Made by a program: the position numbers and the translations under genes | The notes under the pieces: generated by a model | Seen by the model: the letters and a program-made list of their open reading frames with translations, nothing else | Told to the model about the DNA's origin: nothing | Database searches by the model: none | Shown here: in pieces, positions 8,918-17,042 of the stretch | How the letters are laid out: each line of letters begins with the position of its first letter | Position numbering within the stretch: the first letter of the stretch is position 1 | Assembly (NCBI GenBank): GCA_003135555.1 | Contig: PLCF01000057.1 | Location: forward strand, 1-17,600 | Length of the DNA stretch: 17,600 bases | DNA from: Vulcanimicrobiota bacterium | Lineage (GTDB): Bacteria; Vulcanimicrobiota; Vulcanimicrobiia; Vulcanimicrobiales; Vulcanimicrobiaceae | Direction of reading: 5' to 3'

Positions 8918-9940
8918 GTGATCCGTTTCGGCTACCCTCCCATGGAGATGCGCGCGGTCGCGGACGTCCCTGAGGGTCCCCAGTGGCAGTACGAGCCCAA
9001 GTGGGATGGCTTCCGATGTTTGGCCTTCCGCGACGCTACCGGGGTGGCGTTGCAGTCCAAGGCCGGCCAGCCTTTGGGCCGCTACTTCCCGGAGATCGTC
9101 GCGGCGCTCGAGCGCTTGCCCACCCAGCAGTTCGTCCTCGACGGTGAGCTGGTGGTGCCGCTTGCCGGCGCGCTGTCGTTCGACGCGCTGCAGCAGCGGA
9201 TCCATCCGGCGGCATCGCGGGTCACGATGTTGTCCAAACGTACGCCGGCGTGGTATCTCGTCTTTGACCTGCTTGCCCAGGACGGGACCGAGTTGGTGGA
9301 ACTGCCGCTGACGCAGCGGCGCGCCCGGCTCGAGCGTTTCGCCGCCGCGTTCGACGGCGGCACCCTGCGGCTTTCACCCGCGACCCGCGAGCGCAGCGTC
9401 GTCGACGATTGGTTCGCGCGCGTGGGCGGCGCGCTCGACGGCGTCATCGCCAAGCGTGCCGACGCCGCCTACGCCAGCGGCTCACGCGACGCGGCGGTCA
9501 AGGTCAAGCGCGTGCGAACCGCCGATTGCGTGATCGGTGGTTTTCGGTACGCCAAAGGCTCGACGACGCAAGTCGGTTCCCTGTTGCTCGGGCTCTACGA
9601 CGACGCGGGGTTGCTCGACTACATCGGATTTTGCAGCGCCTTCGGGGCCGATGAAAAACGTGCGCTCGTCGCGCGGCTGAGGCCCCACGTGGGCGAACCG
9701 GGGTTCACCGGCGGCGCTCCCGACACCGCACCGAGTCGGTGGGATCGCGACCCGGGCCGTGACAAGAGCTACGTCAAGCTCAAACACGATCTCGTGCTGG
9801 AAGTCGCCTTCGACCAGGTGACCTCAGGCCGGATTCGTCACGGCACGCGGCCGGTGCGCTGGCGCTCCGACAAACCGCCGCGGCAGTGCACCGTCGACCA
9901 GCTGGCCACGCCCGACCGGGTGTTAGCGCTGCTCGACTAG
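8918..9940 (+). CDS. ligC: ATP-dependent DNA ligase, LigC-type
   Basis: PPME, WQYEPKWDGFRC (KxDG), LGRYFPE, LDGELV, FDALQQRIHPAASRV, LDGVIAK, RTADCVIGGFR, GSLLLGLYD and RHGTRPVRWRSDK. AGGAG SD before the GTG. Confidence 0.93.
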   Translation: MIRFGYPPMEMRAVADVPEGPQWQYEPKWDGFRCLAFRDATGVALQSKAGQPLGRYFPEIVAALERLPTQQFVLDGELVVPLAGALSFDALQQRIHPAASRVTMLSKRTPAWYLVFDLLAQDGTELVELPLTQRRARLERFAAAFDGGTLRLSPATRERSVVDDWFARVGGALDGVIAKRADAAYASGSRDAAVKVKRVRTADCVIGGFRYAKGSTTQVGSLLLGLYDDAGLLDYIGFCSAFGADEKRALVARLRPHVGEPGFTGGAPDTAPSRWDRDPGRDKSYVKLKHDLVLEVAFDQVTSGRIRHGTRPVRWRSDKPPRQCTVDQLATPDRVLALLD

Positions 9941-11077
9941 GTCGCGTTCTCCGACGCGCAACGCGGCGCCGAGCGCGGCGACGACGCCCGCCATCATGAC
10001 CGGTGCGAGCGGGAGGTCCAGCGTGCGGACGATGTCGATCGGGTTGAGCAAGATCGCCAGCGGCGCGGCGCACGCGGCGCCGAGCAACACCGCGACGCTG
10101 AGGTCGCGCTTGCGCAGCGTGAAGCCAACCGCCGCGGCAGCGGCCGCGAGCACGGGCCATCCGTGCAGCACCATCCGGGCCGGCTCGAGGCCAATGTCGC
10201 GCACGATGAGGGCTGCGTACCATCCGGCGATTCCGCGCTCTACGAACTCCCCGTGCTCTGCCGTCTGCCAGGTGTACGCCCATTGCGTCAGCGTGGCGAG
10301 GTTGGCACCGTGGACCGCCGCCGTATAGACGACTGCCCCGGCCGCGACGGCGAGTTGCGCGAGCAGCATGACCAGCGCGCCGCGGCGCACGGCCGGATCG
10401 CCGGCGCGTCGCGCAGCATAGACGAAGCCTGCCGCGGCGCCGACCGGTAGCCAGATCGCCGGGCGGGTGAGCGCGAGCAGCGCGGCGGCGGCGATCGCGA
10501 CGGCCAGCGCACCGCGCGTCGGCCGGCGGGCGCAGGTTGCGATCGCGGCCAGCGCGACCGTCCACCAGCCCAGCGCGAGCCCGTCGGTGAGGGGCAGCAC
10601 GGCGGCCTCACCGATGACTACCGGCGACACGGCTGCGATCGCGCCGCACGCCGCGAGCCACCACGGCGCGAAGAGCAAGAACAGCCGATACGCGGCGGCG
10701 GCCGCGACGACGGCGCCGAGCGCTGCGATGAGCTTGAGCGCGAAGAAACCGAAGCGCGGATAGAGCTGCGCGGCCAGCCACGGGTAGAGCGGCCGGCCGC
10801 GAAACAGGGGATACTGGGCCTGAAAAAAAGCGGGGGCGCGCGACCCGTAAAAGGTGCGTTCGTGCGCGTCGTTCGCGGCCGGAGTCGTCAGATAGAAGCG
10901 GCTCGCGGCGGCCTGCGCCTCCGGCTCGCTCAGGCCGGTGTCCACGAGCATCATGCGCGCGTACAGAAACCCATCGGGCGTCCACTTGTCGCTCGTGCGC
11001 AGCTGATAGGTGACCGACGCGGCCACGACGAGCACCACGGCGAGCGCGCCCAGGACGGCTCTCAGGCGTTCGTGCAT
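9923..11077 (-). CDS. Polytopic membrane protein, probable GT-C superfamily glycosyltransferase (ArnT/PMT-like)
   Basis: Many TM helices. TPDGFLY after TM1, RPLYPWL, LTDGL and LTRP resemble GT-C patterns. GAGGT SD before ATG 11077. Confidence 0.65.
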   Translation of the reverse strand: MHERLRAVLGALAVVLVVAASVTYQLRTSDKWTPDGFLYARMMLVDTGLSEPEAQAAASRFYLTTPAANDAHERTFYGSRAPAFFQAQYPLFRGRPLYPWLAAQLYPRFGFFALKLIAALGAVVAAAAAYRLFLLFAPWWLAACGAIAAVSPVVIGEAAVLPLTDGLALGWWTVALAAIATCARRPTRGALAVAIAAAALLALTRPAIWLPVGAAAGFVYAARRAGDPAVRRGALVMLLAQLAVAAGAVVYTAAVHGANLATLTQWAYTWQTAEHGEFVERGIAGWYAALIVRDIGLEPARMVLHGWPVLAAAAAAVGFTLRKRDLSVAVLLGAACAAPLAILLNPIDIVRTLDLPLAPVMMAGVVAALGAALRVGERDLVEQR

Positions 11078-11154
11078 CGCGCTACCTCGACCATGGCGCC
11101 AAGATCATGCGGGCCGGGTGTGCCGGCCTCCTGGACGGCCGAGCAAACGCGGCG

Positions 11155-11304
11155 CTATGCGGCTATGGCGACCGGCATCATCAGCAGCTCGAAGGCGAGG
11201 TCGATCTCGATTTGGCAATCCAGGCAACGGACGCGATGCCCCAGCGTTGCATCGCCGGGCTCGTCGTGGGCGTGGCCGCAGTCGGGGCAGAGGTACGTCT
11301 CCAT
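11155..11304 (-). CDS. 49-aa zinc-ribbon microprotein (not in ORF track)
   Basis: Translated by hand: METYLCPDCGHAHDEPGDATLGHRVRCLDCQIEIDLAFELLMMPVAIAA*. Two CxxC pairs, GC3-rich codons, fills an otherwise empty gap. Confidence 0.8.
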   Translation of the reverse strand: METYLCPDCGHAHDEPGDATLGHRVRCLDCQIEIDLAFELLMMPVAIAA

Positions 11305-11325
11305 GAGCCCACCCTACGGGCGCCA

Positions 11326-11345
11326 AGTGCCCACTGGGTGGCACT
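11326..11345. promoter_or_regulatory. Inverted repeat AGTGCC-N8-GGCACT, putative operator in divergent promoter region
   Basis: Perfect 6-bp arms in the 94-bp gap between the zinc-ribbon gene and the GGDEF-EAL gene. Confidence 0.4.
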
Positions 11346-11398
11346 CTGTCCGGTCCGTACCTAGGGACCAGCCCCAGCCCCGCCGATACCTTCCAGGA

Positions 11399-13315
11399 AT
11401 GGTAGAGCGTCGTTTCGAGCGCGTCCTCGAGATCACGCGCGATATCTTGCGCCTCCGCGAACTCGATCTCGCCTTGGAGTCGATCGCGCGGGGGGTCTCC
11501 GACCTGTTCGGCTTCGAGTACGTCACCATCGTCCTCGCTGACGGAAACCAGACGGGGGAGATGACGCGCCGGGTCCTGCTGGGCTATGGCGACGAGATCA
11601 CCCAGGCCCGCAAGAACGAGCGGGTCGGCAAGCACGCGATCCTCGAGGTGCTCGCGCCGGAATACGAAGTCTTCGAGAACGCCTATTACATCCCGGCGGA
11701 GCGCGAGTGCCAATGGGATCTGGCAATTTTCCCGGGCGACACCGACCGCGACTCACCGCGCAGCACGCCGGACAGCTGGCACGAACGCGACTCGCTGTGC
11801 CTGGTCTTGCGGGATTCCGACGGTGAGATGATCGGCTACCTCAGCCCCGACGGGCCGCGCGACGCCAAGATCCCCACCCGCGAGACGCTGCGCAGCCTGC
11901 AGCTCTTCGTCAACCTCATGGGCCTCGCGCTGGCCAACGCCCAGGCGCACCGGGCCGAGGTCGAGCGCCGCCGGCTACTCGAAGCCAACCAGGCCCGGCT
12001 GCGGCACGAGGCGACCCACGACGCCCTGACCGGGTTGCCGAACCGGACCTTCTTCCAGGAACGGCTGGCGGCTACGCTCGAGCACGCCCGCGCGCGGCCG
12101 GAACGCGTCTTTGCGGTTCTGTTCGTCGACCTCGACGAGTTCAAGTCGATCAACGACTCGCTGGGCCACATCGCCGGCGACGCGATGCTGATGGCCGTCG
12201 CCGACCGGATGCGCGCGACGGTGGGCGCCGACGATTTCATCGCGCGCATCGGCGGCGACGAGTTCGCGCTGCTGCTGGCCCACCGCCACGACCTCGGCCA
12301 GGTCGAAGACGCCGTCGAGGCGATCCAGGACGCGCTGGTTGCCCCGATGCTCATCGAGGGCCGGGCCGTCTACAACACGGCGTCGATCGGAATCGCCATC
12401 ATCGACGCGACCGAAGAGCGCATCGAGGAAGTACTGCGCAACGCGGACACCGCGATGTACCACGCCAAATCGCTGGGGCGCGGGCGGCACGCGTTCTTCG
12501 ACCACCACATGCATTACGAAGCCGCCCGCCGGCTCGCGCTCACCAGCGACCTGCGCGCGGCGATCGAGAACGAGGAGTTCAGCGTCGACTACCAGCCGAT
12601 CGTGCGGCTGCACGACGTCCGGCTCATGGGTTTCGAAGCGCTGGTGCGGTGGCGCAATCCGATCAAGGGCGAGGTGCTGCCGGGCGAGTTCATCCCGTTG
12701 GCCGAAGAGGTTGGGCTGGTCGTGCCGATCGGACGCTTCGTCTTCGTCGACGCGTGCCGGCGGCTCGCCGAATGGCGCCGCCGCGCGCCGCTGCTCGACT
12801 TGCGCATGCACGTCAACCTTTCGGTCCAGGAAGTCCTCGAACCCGACCTCGACGCGTTCGTCGCGCGCAACCTGCGCCGCTTCGGGCTCTCGTCCGACGA
12901 CATCGTTCTGGAGATAACCGAGAGCGCGGTGATCCGCTCCAACACGCTGTCCCTCGGTTCGCTGGCGCGCCTGCGCGCGACGGGCGTACACCTCTGCATC
13001 GACGATTTCGGGACCGGGTACTCGTCGCTGCGCTACCTGCACCAACTCCCGTTCGACGCGATGAAGATCGACCGTTCGTTCGTCGAGAGCACCGACGGCA
13101 GCCTCGGGAGCGCGCCGATCGTGCGAATGCTCATCCAGCTCGCACGCAGCTACGGCATCGACGTCGTTGCCGAGGGCGTCGAAACGCTGCGCCAAGCCGA
13201 AGAGCTCATGGCGCTCGATTGCGAATACGCGCAAGGCTTCCACTACTACCGGCCGATGAGCCCCGAAGCCGTCGGAGCGCTGCTCGACACCAAAGTCGAA
13301 GTAGCGGCGAGCTAG
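11399..13315 (+). CDS. GAF-like sensor + GGDEF + EAL c-di-GMP cyclase/phosphodiesterase
   Basis: HDALTGLPNR, DLDEFKSINDSLGH, RIGGDEF; FEALVRW, VNLS, LEITES, IDDFGTGYSSL, KIDRSFV, AEGVET, QGF. ATG 11399 chosen over the track's 10862 start. Confidence 0.95.
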   Translation: MVERRFERVLEITRDILRLRELDLALESIARGVSDLFGFEYVTIVLADGNQTGEMTRRVLLGYGDEITQARKNERVGKHAILEVLAPEYEVFENAYYIPAERECQWDLAIFPGDTDRDSPRSTPDSWHERDSLCLVLRDSDGEMIGYLSPDGPRDAKIPTRETLRSLQLFVNLMGLALANAQAHRAEVERRRLLEANQARLRHEATHDALTGLPNRTFFQERLAATLEHARARPERVFAVLFVDLDEFKSINDSLGHIAGDAMLMAVADRMRATVGADDFIARIGGDEFALLLAHRHDLGQVEDAVEAIQDALVAPMLIEGRAVYNTASIGIAIIDATEERIEEVLRNADTAMYHAKSLGRGRHAFFDHHMHYEAARRLALTSDLRAAIENEEFSVDYQPIVRLHDVRLMGFEALVRWRNPIKGEVLPGEFIPLAEEVGLVVPIGRFVFVDACRRLAEWRRRAPLLDLRMHVNLSVQEVLEPDLDAFVARNLRRFGLSSDDIVLEITESAVIRSNTLSLGSLARLRATGVHLCIDDFGTGYSSLRYLHQLPFDAMKIDRSFVESTDGSLGSAPIVRMLIQLARSYGIDVVAEGVETLRQAEELMALDCEYAQGFHYYRPMSPEAVGALLDTKVEVAAS

Positions 13316-15084
13316 GCCTTCGTCTCGGCGAGCCCGGATAGGGCGCGCCGCAATGCGTCCGCCAGCGCGCGCGAGTCTCCGGCAGGCACGGTCGTGACGC
13401 CGGCCAGATCGCCCAATCCGCACGCGTCCGACGCGACGACCGGAACCTGCTGCGCGACGGCGCGGAGCAATCGCCGCGGCTGATGCTCGACGAACGCCGG
13501 TAGCACAACGACCGAAGCGGCAAGGAGTGCGTCCTCAAATGCCAGGCGTTCGACGGCAACGCCGCTCCAAAAACCGGCGCTCTCCAAATCCGGACCGGTG
13601 AGAATGACGTGCAATCCCAGTTCGCGTGCGACGCCGCGCAACTCGTATGCACCCGCGCGGCCGAGGGTTGATGCTGGAAAGAGGACGGACCCGTCACGAA
13701 GCGGAGCGGCGCCGGGTAGCCCCTGCGGTCGCGGAGCCGTCCACGGAAGCCGAAGCGCTCGTGAGCCGAACAGTGCGGCGATCGCTGCATGCGGCGTGAT
13801 GATCCTTCGCGCGCCCGCCAGGCCGCGTTCCTCCGCCTCGACCAGACCGGCGTCGGCGCGGAAGTCTTTGAGGGTCGGGCTCTCGGGGTGCAGCGCGTAG
13901 GCATCGTCGAGGGTGCGCTGCAGCGCGCGCATCGGTAGTCCGGTCATGAGCACGTCGTAGGTGCGTCCGCCCAGCGCTCCGGCCGACCACAGCGCCGGCA
14001 GGAGGTGCTGCATGATGACGACGTGCGTGACGTCGTAGGGGAGCCGCGACGCGAAATCGTCGCCGATGCGGTGCGCCCAGCCCAGGAGCGAGCGCTGCCG
14101 GGCGGCGCCGTGCTGCGCCAAGCGCCGCGAGCGATACGATCGCAACAACGCGAGCATCGGGCTCTCGCGCACGCTTCCGACCGGCGCGGTGTTCCAGCGG
14201 TAGTTCCGCAGCCCGCGCCGCCGACCGTCGAGCGGCACGAAGACCGTATCGCTGCGTTCGGCAACGGCGCCGACGTAGGTGTCGTATTCGGGCCAATATC
14301 CGTCGAGCAGAAACGCGCTACGGCCGGCGTCGGCCGCACGCCGCTGGAGCACGACATGGCGGAAGCAGTCCTCGACGGCACAGCTCGCGCAGTCGCCGGT
14401 CGGCAGGGGCCGTGCCGGCGCGAGCGGTGCAGCTTGGACGAGCGCTGCCGCCGGCGCGCCCGCAGCGGTGCCCCAGTACCGAACGACGAGCGAGTCGCCG
14501 CCGACGAGGGCCTCGATGCGCACGTCGCTCCGAACGCGAAAGCGCAGGTCGACGTAGTTCCAGAACACCGTCGCGTCGCGCCCGATCTCGGCCAACGATC
14601 CTGGCACCACGGCGGTGTGCGCATGCCGTTCGACGATCTCGAATCCGGCCCGCAGCGCTGCATCATACAGCGCGTTGGAAAGCTGGCACAACCCGCCGCC
14701 GATGCTCGGGACGATGCAGCCTTCGCGCAGCTCGCGTCCCTCGACGTATCCCCGGCGCCGCGTCGCCGGGCCCAGCTGCTTCCAAAAGCTGAACGTCTCG
14801 TTCGCCGGAACGAGCGCCCCATCGATGCGCCTCACCGCCAGACGAAGATTGTGCACCTTACCCAGCGTCAGCGCACGATCCGGCTCACCCGCTCGGTCGT
14901 CGGTCGCTCGCAGAGCGCTCACGGATTCCGCGAGCAACAGCTCTCCATTCCTCGGTCCCGCTTTGCCGAAGCGTCGCGCGCCGCCGCGAAACTCACGCAT
15001 CGCGCGTGCGCTCTGCAGCGCCAGCACCTTCCCGCGAAAGCGCAACGCCGACCAAACAGTCGGAGTCGAGGAGCGCACCGTCAC
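13312..15084 (-). CDS. VanW-family protein with C-terminal glycosyltransferase (GT-B)-like domain
   Basis: GKVHNLRLA, ETFSFW, GYVEG, IGGGLCQLSNALY, IVERHAH, GRDATVFWNYVDLRF (VanW). Cys cluster CASCAVEDC. C-terminal VVVLPAFVE...VPVVASDACG resembles a GT-B donor-binding end. Confidence 0.85.
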   Translation of the reverse strand: MTVRSSTPTVWSALRFRGKVLALQSARAMREFRGGARRFGKAGPRNGELLLAESVSALRATDDRAGEPDRALTLGKVHNLRLAVRRIDGALVPANETFSFWKQLGPATRRRGYVEGRELREGCIVPSIGGGLCQLSNALYDAALRAGFEIVERHAHTAVVPGSLAEIGRDATVFWNYVDLRFRVRSDVRIEALVGGDSLVVRYWGTAAGAPAAALVQAAPLAPARPLPTGDCASCAVEDCFRHVVLQRRAADAGRSAFLLDGYWPEYDTYVGAVAERSDTVFVPLDGRRRGLRNYRWNTAPVGSVRESPMLALLRSYRSRRLAQHGAARQRSLLGWAHRIGDDFASRLPYDVTHVVIMQHLLPALWSAGALGGRTYDVLMTGLPMRALQRTLDDAYALHPESPTLKDFRADAGLVEAEERGLAGARRIITPHAAIAALFGSRALRLPWTAPRPQGLPGAAPLRDGSVLFPASTLGRAGAYELRGVARELGLHVILTGPDLESAGFWSGVAVERLAFEDALLAASVVVLPAFVEHQPRRLLRAVAQQVPVVASDACGLGDLAGVTTVPAGDSRALADALRRALSGLAETKA

Positions 15085-15139
15085 GATCGGAAACCCTCCG
15101 CCGACAGGATTCCGTGCCCTCGGCGCTCACCCTGCGCAG

Positions 15140-15502
15140 ATGAGTCTTGCTCTCCGCGCGACCGCGGCGATCGCCGCGATCGTCGCACCGGCCGGCGCGC
15201 TTCCCCACCCGGGCACGTACGTCTGCACCTTGGCCGCGGCGCAGGGCAGCGGAGCGACGCCTGCGGGAACCCTCGTCATTCGCGCCCGTGGCACGTACGA
15301 GCGACGCGGCTCCGACCGGAAGCTCATCGAGACGGGCGTGGTGTCGCAGACCGGCAACGACCACGACGGCACCGCGACGCTCGTGTTCTCGGGGCGCACG
15401 GCAACCTCGATGAAGGCAACCGAGAACGGTCGAGACTTGCGCGCCGGGCCGACGCTCGAGATGCCACGCCGCCTCGACTGCGCTGTAAGAGCAGCGCGCT
15501 AA
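15140..15502 (+). CDS. Small secreted hypothetical protein (120 aa)
   Basis: 3' part of track ORF 14615..15502 from ATG 15140: signal-like MSLALRATAAIAAIVAPAGA, then PGTYVC and a second Cys near the C-terminus. Fills the gap between VanW and GNAT. Confidence 0.6.
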   Translation: MSLALRATAAIAAIVAPAGALPHPGTYVCTLAAAQGSGATPAGTLVIRARGTYERRGSDRKLIETGVVSQTGNDHDGTATLVFSGRTATSMKATENGRDLRAGPTLEMPRRLDCAVRAAR

Positions 15503-16278
15503 GGCCGCAGCACCCAACCTCTGATTCCACTCAACGCGACGAAGCCGAGCCGTTCGAGAATCGGCCGGCTGGTCTCGCGCGCATCGACGGTGAGGTAGCG
15601 GTAGCCGCGCTCGCGCGCGACGTTCGCGCGATGCGCGACGAGCGCGGGGTAGAGCCCCAATCCGCGATGCTCGGGCACGGTGCCGCCACCCCAGATGCTC
15701 GCGAAGGCGCGCTCGCGCGGCATTTGCAGGCGTCCGGCCGCCGCCGGTTCACCGCCTCGGTACGCCACGAAGAGCGACAGCGCCGGATCGCCCAGCGACT
15801 CTTGATACATGGCGGCCCTCGAGCGCTTATCCTCACCGAACGCGGCGCTGCTTGCCGCAACGTAGTCGTCGACGCCGGCCGCATCCACGACCCGGCGGAT
15901 CGCGTGGTCGCAAGCGCGAGCACCGGCGAGGAGCGGCGTTTCGAGGCCGACAACCATCAGCGTCTCCCCCTCATCCTGCACGAAACCGGCGCGTTCCAGC
16001 ACCGCCTCCAGTCCCGGCGGCCCATCGTGGTCGTACACTTTCCATTCGAGCTCGACTCGCGCCGCCCGTGCAAACGCCGCCGCCTCGAAAACCGCGTCCG
16101 TCGCGTCACCACTGCGATCCCAGAACAACACGACGTTCCACAGCCCGACCCCGCGCACGACCGTTCCCACACGCTCGTGCCGAATCCCCACCACCGGCGC
16201 CGGATCCGCCCGCATCTGCTCGTCGTAGAGGGCAAGGACGTTTGTCCGGTTCGCGCTAGTCTTCAGTGGGAGCCGCAT
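15499..16278 (-). CDS. GNAT family N-acetyltransferase
   Basis: EWKVYDHD, FASIWGGGTVPEHRGLGLY (acetyl-CoA binding motif A), YRYLTVDA, SRPILERLGF. Start uncertain. Confidence 0.9.
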   Translation of the reverse strand: MRLPLKTSANRTNVLALYDEQMRADPAPVVGIRHERVGTVVRGVGLWNVVLFWDRSGDATDAVFEAAAFARAARVELEWKVYDHDGPPGLEAVLERAGFVQDEGETLMVVGLETPLLAGARACDHAIRRVVDAAGVDDYVAASSAAFGEDKRSRAAMYQESLGDPALSLFVAYRGGEPAAAGRLQMPRERAFASIWGGGTVPEHRGLGLYPALVAHRANVARERGYRYLTVDARETSRPILERLGFVALSGIRGWVLRP

Positions 16279-17039
16279 GGAATCTCGGAACGTAACTCAG
16301 AGACAAATCCGAGGCCTTGAATCCGGCTATTTTTCCCATCAGATTGCCCGCGTTCGATCCACCTTGGACGACGAGTCGGCGCCCATCGGTGAACTCGATG
16401 GTCAACGTTTCGTCGTGATGAATTTGCCTCGATTTTGATCGATTGTCTTGGAGGCGGATGGTCTCCACCGTGCGCCCCACGATTTTGTCGAAGGTCGCAT
16501 GCACAGTCTCCGGGGCGGCTATTTGAATATGTGTCTTCTCCAGAAACCCGCCGCCGTCATACGCCGGTCGGCCTTCCGTGAAGACCCCCTTTACCGTTTG
16601 AATGGGCGCTCCGATCTGGCGTATGTCCTGGAGCAGACGTACGCGATTGAGAACCAGGCAATCGAGTTTTCGCCGGAGGCCATCCGTCGAGTTGCTGGGA
16701 AGGCGTTGTCCCGCGGCCTCAAAGTCTGCGCGCACCGACTCATAGGCGATGCGCACCAGTGCGATGCTGTTGGCTGTGGTCAAGTCGAGGCAGGCGCCGA
16801 GATCAACGATGGCGCCAACGACGTAAGGCTCTCGTATTTTCGAGCCCTTTCGGATCGCGGACTCGCAGGCAAAGTCGAGCCCGCGTTGGGGATTGCTTTC
16901 CCAGAAGTAAATCCCTGACCCGAGCCAGTCGTAGTCATTCTCGCTCCGCTTGAAACTTCGTGCCTGCGAGCAGCCGCTCTCCTACGGCCCGATCGCACCC
17001 GTGATATGCAAGGACGAAAGCCGACGAGAGGCGATGCAC
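16256..17039 (-). pseudogene. Frameshifted putative ADP-ribosyltransferase-fold gene with an apparently foreign C-terminal extension
   Basis: GTG 17039 gives MHRLSSAFVLAYHGCDRAVGERLLAGTKF and stops at 16935-16937. The +1 frame continues FKRSENDYDWLGSGIYFWESNPQRG...VVGAIVDLGACLDLTT into track ORF 16256..16783 (RKLDC, TVKGVFTEG, KTHIQI). One extra base lies within 16938-16981. Confidence 0.75.
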
Positions 17040-17042
17040 TCC

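Noticed and set aside
11339..11356. TGGCAC as a sigma-54 -24 element
   Set aside because: No TTGC -12 element at the required spacing on either strand.
10862..11398. 179-aa N-terminal extension of the GGDEF-EAL ORF in the track
   Set aside because: It overlaps two opposite-strand genes and is low-complexity; ATG 11399 has a promoter-like signal.
13312..15084. Vancomycin resistance locus
   Set aside because: A VanW domain alone does not confer resistance, and no vanHAX or vanRS genes are present.
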